From Candidatus Rariloculaceae bacterium (lineage in GTDB: Bacteria; Pseudomonadota; Gammaproteobacteria; Steroidobacterales; Rariloculaceae): a stretch of 64,000 nucleotides of DNA. The translations under genes were made by a program, and so were the position numbers. The notes under the pieces were generated by a model, which was not told the origin of the DNA, did not search any database, and saw nothing but the letters and a program-made list of their open reading frames with translations. Location of the stretch: assembly GCA_965262365.1 (NCBI GenBank), contig OZ253541.1, positions 4,939,843-5,003,842 of the forward strand, written 5' to 3'. Positions 19,123-27,847 of this stretch are shown here, in pieces; the first letter of the stretch is position 1; each line of letters starts with the position of its first letter.

Positions 19123-19719
19123 TCAACGTGCGTTGCTTGAGAGGGGAATCCTTTCGTCCACAGAGTCTTGCAGAGATGCCAGTATGTCCTGCACGACTTT
19201 CCGTACCCGGGCGTGGGGATGCGCCTGGGCGAATTGCAGAAAGGTGAGATAGCTTGAATCGAGGTACAGCGTGTCGGGCACGGACAATGGCGCATCGTGC
19301 AGCGCGTACACCACTACACCCACTTCACGGCTCGCCTCATGGCTCGCTCCACGCATTCCTCGTTCACCGCACCGTGCCAGCCATCGAGTGGTTCTAAGAA
19401 TTGCAATGGCGCGCGACACCGTTGATTTGGATGAGACGTTCGCCGCTCGCCCGATCTGCGCGTAGCTCGGGAACCGCCCCCTGGTCGCGCTCTGGCGAAG
19501 CACCATCCAGACCATCTTGTCTACCGATTCCAGCACCGGGTCCCCGAGCACGCGCTCCGGCCACGCAGGTGGCCCCGGCTCCGCAATCAGGACCCTCCTC
19601 GTGCGAGTGCTTGCCGCGCCATGGGCGGCCGATTCCTGTATACGCCGCTTGAGTTCAATGGTGCGCTGGCGAACCGACGGCACATTGTTGAACATGCCTT
19701 GGCTGAACATCACATGCAT
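19123..19719 (-). CDS. STY4528-like genomic-island/ICE replication protein (wHTH)
   Basis: VLGDPVLESVDKMVWMVLRQSATRGRFPSYAQIGRAANVSSKSTVSRAIAILRTTRWLARCGER..VVVYALHDAPLSVPDTLYLDSSYLTFL follows the pattern I recall for the STY4528 family (FPSY..ST VSRA..LR.TRWL...Y.LHDEPL). I chose the ATG at 19719 because the upstream part of the ORF is antisense to the P450 gene. Confidence 0.5.
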   Translation of the reverse strand: MHVMFSQGMFNNVPSVRQRTIELKRRIQESAAHGAASTRTRRVLIAEPGPPAWPERVLGDPVLESVDKMVWMVLRQSATRGRFPSYAQIGRAANVSSKSTVSRAIAILRTTRWLARCGERGMRGASHEASREVGVVVYALHDAPLSVPDTLYLDSSYLTFLQFAQAHPHARVRKVVQDILASLQDSVDERIPLSSNAR

Positions 19720-19833
19720 TTCTTGTTGGAATGCCCCAAAGGTACGTGAACAAAAGTTGTTTGAACCCATCAAATTTGATGGACTAGGCGCAAATTCAGG
19801 ACCAGGGACACGGCAACCTGCCGGGAAGGGGCA

Positions 19834-20939
19834 TTGATGGATTCGCTTGGACACGCGATACGGTCCGCGATCGCGAGTGCGGCGCTGCTGCAGGAGCGCC
19901 GGCAGAGTGGGGTGGCCTACAATCCCCTGTCGGCCCGGATGGCTCAGGACCCGTATCCGTTCTACGCGACTCTGCGCGCCCGGGACCCGGTGCACCGCAG
20001 CCGGCTCATGCACTCGTGGCTGTTCACACGCCATGCTGACGTGGGCGCCATCCTGCGCGACCACCGCCGCTTCGGCAACGACCCGCGCAATGGCAACCTC
20101 TCGGCCCGGCAGCCGGCGATTCTGCCGCGTTCGATCTGATGAAGGCGGTGGCCCAGCCCTTGCCGGTAATCGTCATCGCCGAGATGCTCGGCGTGCCGCC
20201 CGAGGATCGAGGACGGTTCAAGGTTTGGTCAGCGCAACGTGCGCGCCTGCTGGAACCGATCATCGGCCGCCGCGAACGCCGGCTCGCGGACGAGGCGGGC
20301 AGGGCGTTCGACGCCTATTTCGGCGCGATCATCGAGGCGCGGCGTACCGAGCCGCGCGACGATATTCTCAGTGCACTGGTACAAGCGGAGGACGAGGGTG
20401 AACGGCTGACGGCACGTGAGACCCTCAACATGCTTCGCCTGCTGTTGAGCGCCGGAAACGAAACAACCACAAACCTGATCGGCAACGGCGTACTCGCCCT
20501 GCTTCGCAACCCCGATGAGCTCCAGCGGCTCAGGGAGGACCCGTCCCTGATCCCGGCGGCGGTGGAGGAATTGTTGCGTTACGACTCGCCCGTACAGGTG
20601 GATTTTCGGCGCGTGCTCCAAGACTGCGAAGTGAACGGTTTTCCGGTGCGCAAACGTGACAACATAGTCGTCTTGCTGGGTGCGGCCAATCGGGACCCGG
20701 ACGTGTTCGAGAATCCCGACAGGCTCGACATCGCCCGCAACGCGCGCTCACACTTCGCGTTCGGCCGTGGAATCCATCATTGCCTGGGCGCCGCGCTCGC
20801 TCGCCTGGAAGGGCGGATCGTCCTGGAGATGCTCCTGGACCGATTCCCGTCGATGAGCCTGCTTACCGACCGCCCGCGGTTCCACAAGAGTATCGTGTTG
20901 CGAGGTCTCGAATCCTTGCCGGTCCGCTGTCTGAAGTGA
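19834..20939 (+). pseudogene. cytochrome P450 with internal deletion plus frame change
   Basis: The N-terminal 101 aa (PYPFYATLRARDPVHRS..WLFTRHADVGAILRDHRRF) end at a TGA at 20137-20139. The rest is in another frame: FDLMKAVAQPLPVIVIAEMLGVP, AGNETT, EELLRY, FGRGIHHCLGAALARLE (Cys-haem loop). About 50 aa, including the usual DPP.H..LR segment, are missing at the junction. Confidence 0.7.
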
Positions 20940-20956
20940 GGCGACAATCTCCGGTG

Positions 20957-22108
20957 TCAATGCCCGGTGTGCGCGGAGCCGGCGACTGACAGCACCAGTC
21001 GCACCAGCTCCACCGCGCGCGAGATTCCGTGCTTGTCGTAGATCTGCCTCACGTGCCAGCGGATGGTGTTTTCGCTGCGTGACATCAACGTGGCGATGTC
21101 ACGCACGGATTTGCCTTCCGCCAATGAGAAGGCCACCTGACTTTCCGTCGGCGTAAGACTCAGCGTGGCTTCAAGCAGTGCCGGATTGATCCGCGTCAGA
21201 CCAGCCGGCTCCACGACCAGCACCAGCGCGGCAATATGGGAGGCGCCGAAATCACTCTCCCCATGACCCACAGGGCTCACGTGTACCATGAGTCCCGGAG
21301 GACCGTTCACGCCGCTCGCTATCATGGACCCGCCGATGCCTTGCCTGGCGAACGGCGGCAGTGCCCGCGCCAGCAGTTGCTGTAGAACAGCATCGTCGCG
21401 CGGTGATCGGGCGTTCAGGAAACCATCCTGATCGTACAGGCAATCGCCTTCAAGCAGGAGGCTCCGGACTCCGTCGGTCGCTGCCGTGATCCGCGCACGC
21501 TTGTCGAGCTGAATTGTGCCGATCCCGCACTGACGCAGCAGTCCGGTGAGGGACGCACCCAGAGCTCCGGCTTCAGCAAGGGCCTGGCGAATGGTTATGT
21601 AGTGACGGAGATGGGGCAGTAGCCGTTGAATCCTCTTCGTTCGGGCGAACGACCATCCATTTCCGTCAACGGGGTCCGCGATGACCCAGACGATGCGTGA
21701 GCCGTTCGGCCCGTCCAGGCGCACATTGAGGCTGTTCTGGCTTTGTCCGACGGACAGAGCTTCGTTGTAGGCCACAGAGGTCTTGAATTCCTCGTCGGTG
21801 TAGAGGTCGGTGACGTGGACCAACTGGCTGTCTGGTAGACGCCTCACGCGCGGTATGCGTTCATCCAGGGCGTGGTAGATATCAAAATACATGCGCTCCC
21901 ATTCCTCGTTGCGTTGTCCCCGCAACAGGAACCGTGCCAGGAAAATGCGGATGTCGTCGTCGGAGTTCCCATCGCAGTGAATCAGGTAGCTGCCTTTGGT
22001 GCCGCAAGCCTCGTCGATGAGCGCCGAAGTTGCCGACCAATGGGTGTCGTCGAGCGTGGCCTGGTGCAGCGACATCAGGATGCGGTCGAATGCGTCGCGT
22101 TCGCTCAT
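20957..22108 (-). CDS. LuxR-family transcriptional regulator with N-terminal sensor-like domain
   Basis: C-terminal LTPTESQVAFSLAEGKSVRDIATLMSRSENTIRWHVRQIYDKHGISRAVELV is a LuxR/GerE HTH. ATG at 22108 verified. Confidence 0.75.
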   Translation of the reverse strand: MSERDAFDRILMSLHQATLDDTHWSATSALIDEACGTKGSYLIHCDGNSDDDIRIFLARFLLRGQRNEEWERMYFDIYHALDERIPRVRRLPDSQLVHVTDLYTDEEFKTSVAYNEALSVGQSQNSLNVRLDGPNGSRIVWVIADPVDGNGWSFARTKRIQRLLPHLRHYITIRQALAEAGALGASLTGLLRQCGIGTIQLDKRARITAATDGVRSLLLEGDCLYDQDGFLNARSPRDDAVLQQLLARALPPFARQGIGGSMIASGVNGPPGLMVHVSPVGHGESDFGASHIAALVLVVEPAGLTRINPALLEATLSLTPTESQVAFSLAEGKSVRDIATLMSRSENTIRWHVRQIYDKHGISRAVELVRLVLSVAGSAHTGH

Positions 22109-22347
22109 GGCGGCCCCTGCGCTTCCTGGCCTCTCCAAATTACCTGGTATTTTGAAGGTTGAGCTTACAGCTTGACCGGCGATGTGAGCCATGGCTCGAA
22201 TAGCCACTTCGCAACCAAAACGTAATGGCGGCAGGAACGCTCAGGGTTTGTCGGGAAACGTCAGTTACGGAAGTTCTTCAGTGGCCGGACATGCATCCCG
22301 GAGAGTCGAAAATCCAGCCCGGAGCGCCAAATCCACATCCCGGACCG

Positions 22348-22673
22348 CTACAACCGCAACCCGCTCTCCCAGCACAACGCCTCGATCGCGATCCCGTAGT
22401 CCATTACCTCGCCCCGCCAGCCGCAGCGGGCTGTCTTCGCATCGATGTTCACACCACGGCGCTCGTTGTAAGTGGCCAGCGGCAATTCGCCCGGGTCTTT
22501 CGGCCCACGTTGAGCGGCTCGCCGTCAGCATTTTCCACCATACCGGCCTCGCTCAGATCCTCCTGCGCGATTTGCACCACCACCTGGTAGCGTTCCGCCG
22601 CCATCGCCCGCACCTTTGAATAGGAGAATCGCCCCTGCCGAAACGCTTCGCTGGTCTGCGGCAACGACTCCAA
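22348..22673 (-). pseudogene. multi-deletion remnant of a DUF222/HNH endonuclease gene
   Basis: LPQTSEAFRQGRFSYSKVRAMA is joined directly to ERYQVVVQI..GEPLNVGRKTRA. After a frameshift it continues ELPLATYNERRGVNIDAKTARCGWRGEVMDYGIAIEALCW. The HNH core itself is missing. Confidence 0.55.
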
Positions 22674-22723
22674 TGCCCGGGCTACCCGGACCTTCTCCCG
22701 CGCCGTGCATCCGTTGATACCGC

Positions 22724-22783
22724 ATCGCCAATTGAGCCACCGGGCTCCTCGCCGTAGAACGCGTTGCTCAGCAGCCGCCAGCG
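22724..22783 (-). repeat. short copy of the dispersed P-domain remnant
   Basis: CTCGCCGTAGAACGCGTTGCTCAGCAG.CGCCAGCG is shared with 59.7 kb and 51.6 kb. It encodes RRWRLLSNAFYGEEP on the minus strand. Confidence 0.5.
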
Positions 22784-22857
22784 TCGGCGTAACCGGTCTG
22801 GGCGGTATTGTTCAGGTGCCACTGGCCGGCCAGCAGCGGGTCGGCGGTGCCCGCGGC

Positions 22858-23035
22858 GCCGCCTCGCCCGGCACTCGATCATGGACTTGCCGAATGGCTT
22901 TAAGGACGACGCGCAGATGGTAGTCGAGGAAATAGGCGACATCGTTCTTCTCGGACTCGGCGTACAGGTAGGCGCGCGCATATTGCACGGGCGCCTTGGG
23001 GGGGGGGGCTTCCGTACTTGTCCAGGAAGGGGAGC
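22858..23035 (-). pseudogene. possible Fic-family C-terminal remnant
   Basis: The minus frame reads QYARAYLYAESEKNDVAYFLDYHLRVVLKAIRQVHDRV. This resembles the Fic-family segment I recall as Y.ETD.NDLTYF..H.L.VI..AI..L. The poly-C/G tract sits just upstream in the same remnant. Confidence 0.35.
22998..23008. repeat. homopolymer G(11)
   Basis: Counted directly: three G at 22998-23000 plus eight at 23001-23008. Confidence 0.9.
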
Positions 23036-23096
23036 GTGTGCGCCGCTTGGTATATATTTTCTAGGCATATGCATATAGCATGGAGCGCAAAGGTTC

Positions 23097-23186
23097 GTGC
23101 GACGGGGCTATTTCGTGCGACGGGGCTATTTCGTGCGACGGGGCTATTTCGTGCGACGGGGCTATTTCGTGCGACGGGGCTATAAT
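23097..23186. repeat. 18-bp tandem direct repeat, 5 copies, upstream of the TonB-dependent receptor gene
   Basis: GTGCGACGGGGCTATTTC occurs 4 times exactly (23097-23168). A fifth copy, GTGCGACGGGGCTATAAT, ends in a perfect TATAAT at 23181-23186, about 88 nt before the ATG at 23274. Confidence 0.9.
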
Positions 23187-23273
23187 GAGCGAGGCTGCAC
23201 GATTCTGCGAAAGGCGGTGAATGTCAGTGAGCTTTCGGCCCGCTTGCCGCTTTGGATACAAGAAGGAGAAGTC

Positions 23274-26200
23274 ATGATCAGGGGAGCAAATTCACCATCC
23301 AGACACTGCACGTGGGCCATCGTTGTCTTCTTGCCGGTGTTTGCAGCGGCCCAGGAGGGCGATCAGGAAGCATCCGAGAGCGTGCAGGCTGCGGAAATCC
23401 AGGAGGCGCCGGTCGTTCCGGCGACCGCAGTTGAAGGCGCGCAGACCACACCGGCAACCGCAATCGAAGGCGCGCAGACCACACCGGCGACCGAAGTTGA
23501 AGGCGCGCAGGCCGCACCGGCGACCGAGCTGGAGCAGGCGCCCGTGGTGCCGGCCACGGAAATCGAGGAAGTCGTCGTCACAGGCTCGCGGATTGCGCGC
23601 ACGCCGGAGGAGCTGGCCGGCAACCTCGTCGTGCTCGACGCGGACTTCATCCGCGCCTCCGGCGAAGCGACGCTCGAGCGGGTGCTGCGCCAGTTGCCGC
23701 AGAATGCCAACTCGACTGTCGAGAGCTTCGGCAGCAACCTGAATAACGTCACCAACTTCACCGGCGCATCCACCGTGAACCTGCGCGGCCTCGGCAGCGA
23801 GTCCACGCTCGTTCTGGTGGACGGCAAGCGCATCGGCCACAGCGGCTTCCTCGGCGGCGTGACCGATATTTCATCCATTCCGCTGTCGCTCGTGGAACGC
23901 ATCGAGGTGCTGCTTGACGGCGCCTCGGCCGTGTACGGCTCCGACGCCGTGGGCGGGGTGATCAACATCATCACCCGCAGGGATTACGAGGGCGCCGAAC
24001 TGGATCTCAACTACAACACGCCCAACGACGGCAGCTACGACGAGTGGCGTGGCTCGATTTCGGGCGGCTTCAACGCCGGTGGCACCCGGATCAGGGCGAG
24101 CTACACCCATTCCGATCACTCCGGCCTCGACGGCGCGGACCGCGACGTCACCCTGTTCGAGCGATCGCAATTCGCCGGACCGCAGTTCGACGTCCGCTTC
24201 TGCTGCTCGCAGGAAGGCATGGCTTTCCCCATCGTCTATCGCCTGGACGGCGATCTGGTCGCCCAGCCTGAATACAACAGGCTGTCGGCGGAGGACAAGG
24301 CCCGGGCGATGAACATAACCCACGCCGTGCTGCCGGTGGGCTTCAACGAGAATTCCACTCTTGACGATATTACCCACTTCGGCGCTCCCGACTGGGGGGC
24401 GGAAACCCAGGCCGGATGGCATGTGTTGCCCCAGAACCGCAGCGACGGTGTTTCGCTCAGCTTCGACCGGGACTTCAACGCCAATGTCAGCGGCGAATTC
24501 CGGATCCGCTATGAGAGCCGGGAAACCACGTACAACAGAGGCTTCTTCAGCTTTGGCGGAGAGACGTGGGGCCCGGCTAATCCGTCCAACCCGTTCGACA
24601 GGAACGTACACATAAGGGGTCAGCGCCGCGATCTGCCGGCGCCGGCAAACCTGACCGACTCCGACACCCTGGATCTGGGTATCGACCTTGACGGCTCCAT
24701 CGGCGACAGCGGCTGGGAGTGGGAGGCCAGTTTCGGAGTCACCACCCATGACTCCGCCACCCAGAGACTTAATCCGGTCGACAGAGCGAGTCTGATAGCT
24801 GGCTTGAGGTCGGATGGAGTTACTCCGGTCGTAGCGTCCACCACGTTCTTTGAAACAAAAGAATCGTGCGAAGCGAAAGGAGCCGTCTTCGTCGACCGCG
24901 GGTTCGGAGCGTGTGAGCTCAGAGTTCCGCCCCCGCCGGCGGCCGAACCCTTCGGCGATTTGACCGGTTACATCACCGATTCGCTGCATGCCGCCAGCAC
25001 CAACGAGCAGACGCGTTTCGATGCATTGCTGCGGGGCACACCCTGGTCCCTGCCCGCCGGCGACGTGAGCGTGCTCGTGGGTGTCAGCTCCGAGGAAATC
25101 GCGCTCGACAGCATGTCGCAATTCAAGATAGGGAACATCGGCGAATCGCCCATCGGAGACATCGCGAGCTTCGACACCGACGCCAGCCGCCGCAACAGCG
25201 CGGCGTACGTCGAGAGCCTGCTGCCGCTCGCCGGTGGGAGTGGCGCCGGACCGGACGTATCGCTGAGCCTGTCCGGGCGTTGGGATTCCTACGACGCACC
25301 GGACGTCGTTTACACGGATAGTGCGTTGGGTACCACCGAAGTGGCCGACGATCTCCCGGACCCCGGCAGCGCGTCCACCTGGGGAGCCGGGTTGGTGATC
25401 TCGCCGACGGACAGCTTTCGCTTGCGGGCGAACTGGCAGACCTCGTTTGTGGCCCCTCAACTCAATCAGTTGTTGCGGCGCACCAGCCAGAGCGAGACGC
25501 GACCGTTCCGCGGTCTGCTTGTCCAACTCCCGGACGGACGCCTGAGTCAGCAGAAAGCCTTCGTTCTCGAGGGCGGCAATGCGGACCTGAAACCCGAGAC
25601 GGCGGACACGCTGAACGTAGGGCTCGAGTACAATGCGCCGTCCGGTCTGGGCCTGAAGGTCACCTGGAACCAGACGGAGTACAAGGATCGAATCAATTAC
25701 AACGTGCCCTTCATAATCGACCGGGAAAACTTGCCCAGCAGCATAACGATCCTGCCCGGAGAGACCGACGATCCCTCGGATGACATCTGGTTTCAGGAGC
25801 GTCGCTTTATCAACGTTTCGTCGGTACAGCGCGAAGGCGTGGACCTTGAAGCCTACTACACGCACGCGACCGCCAATGGCGATTTCAGTGTCCAGCTATG
25901 GCATTCCCGGACCAGCAAGTACGATGTGGTCGTCGATCCCGCGACCGGTGAGGTCATCAGCGTCCTCGGGCACAGGGACGGCACCGACACGGTTGTCAAC
26001 GAGACGCCCGAGTCGTCGACAACGGCGCAATTCACCTGGAGCCACAGGGGATTGGAAGCTGGCCTGGACATCTCCACGAGTTCCGAGACCGGCAGCACAT
26101 TGGCCGGGGTCACGAACGTCTACAATCCGCCCACGATCGCCGACCTGACACTGAGCTATAGCTTCAACGACGGCGGGCTGATCAGCAGCGTGCCGGGTTG

Positions 26201-26363
26201 GGCCGAGGGCGCCCGGCTGTCGCTGACGGTAAACAACCTGGGCGACGACTTCGGCACGATTCGCACGACGAACGAAGAAGGCATGGTACTGGAGGGGCAG
26301 GAAACAAATCCCTCGCCGGTTTACGGCCGGGTGCTCAACCTGTCGGTACACATGTCGCTATAA
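23274..26363 (+). CDS. TonB-dependent receptor with repeat-containing N-terminal extension
   Basis: RBS AAGGAGAAG precedes the ATG at 23274. Signal peptide, 11-aa PATxxEGAQxx repeats, plug VVVTGSRIARTPEELAGNLVVLD..., TLVLVDGKRIG, GASAVYGSDAVGGVINIITR, and a long beta-barrel region. Confidence 0.85.
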   Translation: MIRGANSPSRHCTWAIVVFLPVFAAAQEGDQEASESVQAAEIQEAPVVPATAVEGAQTTPATAIEGAQTTPATEVEGAQAAPATELEQAPVVPATEIEEVVVTGSRIARTPEELAGNLVVLDADFIRASGEATLERVLRQLPQNANSTVESFGSNLNNVTNFTGASTVNLRGLGSESTLVLVDGKRIGHSGFLGGVTDISSIPLSLVERIEVLLDGASAVYGSDAVGGVINIITRRDYEGAELDLNYNTPNDGSYDEWRGSISGGFNAGGTRIRASYTHSDHSGLDGADRDVTLFERSQFAGPQFDVRFCCSQEGMAFPIVYRLDGDLVAQPEYNRLSAEDKARAMNITHAVLPVGFNENSTLDDITHFGAPDWGAETQAGWHVLPQNRSDGVSLSFDRDFNANVSGEFRIRYESRETTYNRGFFSFGGETWGPANPSNPFDRNVHIRGQRRDLPAPANLTDSDTLDLGIDLDGSIGDSGWEWEASFGVTTHDSATQRLNPVDRASLIAGLRSDGVTPVVASTTFFETKESCEAKGAVFVDRGFGACELRVPPPPAAEPFGDLTGYITDSLHAASTNEQTRFDALLRGTPWSLPAGDVSVLVGVSSEEIALDSMSQFKIGNIGESPIGDIASFDTDASRRNSAAYVESLLPLAGGSGAGPDVSLSLSGRWDSYDAPDVVYTDSALGTTEVADDLPDPGSASTWGAGLVISPTDSFRLRANWQTSFVAPQLNQLLRRTSQSETRPFRGLLVQLPDGRLSQQKAFVLEGGNADLKPETADTLNVGLEYNAPSGLGLKVTWNQTEYKDRINYNVPFIIDRENLPSSITILPGETDDPSDDIWFQERRFINVSSVQREGVDLEAYYTHATANGDFSVQLWHSRTSKYDVVVDPATGEVISVLGHRDGTDTVVNETPESSTTAQFTWSHRGLEAGLDISTSSETGSTLAGVTNVYNPPTIADLTLSYSFNDGGLISSVPGWAEGARLSLTVNNLGDDFGTIRTTNEEGMVLEGQETNPSPVYGRVLNLSVHMSL

Positions 26364-26436
26364 TCGGAGGTATGAACTCTGGCGCAGACACCGGGTCCCG
26401 AGGTAGGGACCCGGCTTCGCCACCAGGAGTATTGAA

Positions 26437-27762
26437 ATGAATCGATTCTTGAAGACATGGCTACTGGTCGTAACGTTGGCCGTCGCCGCGACCGCCACCG
26501 CCCAAGAGGGGACGTTCGTCCTGGAGGGCGACCTGTCGGCCCACTACGCCAGCGGCAATTTCGTGGTCTGGACGCCCAAACCCGCGGCCGAAACCGGGGA
26601 AGGCGCGGCCGCGACCATGGCGGCTGCTTCGACCGCGACCACGACCGCCACCCCGGCGGCATCGACCGCGACAGCAAGCTCCGGTGCCACCATGACCGCC
26701 GCTTCGACCGCAACCTCCTCCGGGAGCGCGCCGTCGTCGACGGAAGCGTCGCTCAACGTGATCGCCAGGGCGCCCCTCGGAGCCGACGGCACGTTTCGGG
26801 TGGAGGCGGCCGTGGACGCACCGCGCGAGGCGTACTTCTACGTTCTGGAGGCCCGCAGTCACGAGGGCATGCGCATGGCGCCGATGAAGGGTAACGAGTT
26901 CATTCTCGAACCGGGCAACCTGCGATTGAACATGACCCGGCCCGGGCGCTTCACCATCGAGGGCGGCATGTACAACGACGCCGTCTTCAACTCCTGGCGG
27001 CGCTCGGATGAGTACATCGCGGCCGAAGCGGAATACCTGCGCCTGATTCCCTCGGTTGAGGGCGAGACCGAAGACGAGCGCCGCGCCCGTGTCGACGGCT
27101 CTTCGGCAGCCTTCAACCGCATGCTGGGATTCGAGACCGAAGGCCGCGCCCGGGTCTCGACCACCCATCCCGACCCGCAAGTGCGCCGTCTCGTCATCGA
27201 AACCGCCTGGCTGGGCGGCCCGTGGATGCTCGATGCCTGGCGGGGGCTCGCCGAGATGACCCCGGACGATCCGTATGTCATCGATCAACTCGCGAGGGCC
27301 GAGGTGGCCGAGGCGAAACGGGTCGAGGAGCGGCGCCGCTTCGCGGTCGGCGCGGACATCCAGGACTTCGTCGCGGACACTCTGGACGGCGAATCCATTC
27401 GACTCGCCGACGTACGGGCGGACAGCGAGTTGGTGCTGGTGGAGTTCTGGGCCTCCTGGTGCGGTCCGTGCCGGGTCGAGATTCCGCACATGAAGGAGGC
27501 CTACGCCAAGTATGGCGACCAGGGCTTCGAAATCCTTTCGTTCACCGTCGACGACGACCGCCTCGACTGGGAGATCGCCTCCGAGGAAGAGGATCTGCCC
27601 TGGTTCGATACCGGGATGGGAATGGAGCACGAGGCGTCACTTGCCTACGGCGTGACCGGCGTGCCGAAGAACTACCTGGTCGAGTCCGAAAGCGGCAACA
27701 TCGTGGCGAAGGATCTGCGCGGCCATCACCTGGACATAGCGCTGGAAGAGTTCTTCCAGTAG
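26437..27762 (+). CDS. secreted TlpA/ResA-like thiol-disulfide oxidoreductase with DUF4369-like N-domain (copy A)
   Basis: Signal peptide MNRFLKTWLLVVTLAVAATATAQ; Ala/Thr/Ser low-complexity insert; LVLVEFWASWCGPCRVEIPHMKEAY (CxxC thioredoxin fold). Confidence 0.8.
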   Translation: MNRFLKTWLLVVTLAVAATATAQEGTFVLEGDLSAHYASGNFVVWTPKPAAETGEGAAATMAAASTATTTATPAASTATASSGATMTAASTATSSGSAPSSTEASLNVIARAPLGADGTFRVEAAVDAPREAYFYVLEARSHEGMRMAPMKGNEFILEPGNLRLNMTRPGRFTIEGGMYNDAVFNSWRRSDEYIAAEAEYLRLIPSVEGETEDERRARVDGSSAAFNRMLGFETEGRARVSTTHPDPQVRRLVIETAWLGGPWMLDAWRGLAEMTPDDPYVIDQLARAEVAEAKRVEERRRFAVGADIQDFVADTLDGESIRLADVRADSELVLVEFWASWCGPCRVEIPHMKEAYAKYGDQGFEILSFTVDDDRLDWEIASEEEDLPWFDTGMGMEHEASLAYGVTGVPKNYLVESESGNIVAKDLRGHHLDIALEEFFQ

Positions 27763-27772
27763 TGCTCCAGGG

Positions 27773-27847
27773 TATCGAGTTCCGTCTTATCGAGTCCTGG
27801 CGAATCGAGTCTTGGCGAATGGGATTCTCGCGAATCGGGTTCGGGCG
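27773..27847. repeat. five imperfect 15-bp tandem repeats spanning the start of the next gene
   Basis: The five units are TATCGAGTTCCGTCT, TATCGAGTCCTGGCG, AATCGAGTCTTGGCG, AATGGGATTCTCGCG and AATCGGGTTCGGGCG. The ATG at 27819 lies in unit 4. Confidence 0.7.

Noticed and set aside
23097-23186. Possible CRISPR array
   Set aside because: The units are contiguous with no spacers, only 18 bp long, and no cas genes are nearby. This is a plain tandem repeat.
23097-23273. N-terminal extension of the receptor ORF translating the 18-mer array as RRGYFV x5 (and IAPSHE x5 on the other strand)
   Set aside because: A strong RBS and a signal peptide begin at 23274. The repeat ends in a TATAAT and is better explained as non-coding promoter-region DNA.
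23871-25865. 664-aa minus-strand ORF
   Set aside because: Antisense to the TonB-dependent receptor gene. Arg/Gly-rich with no motifs.
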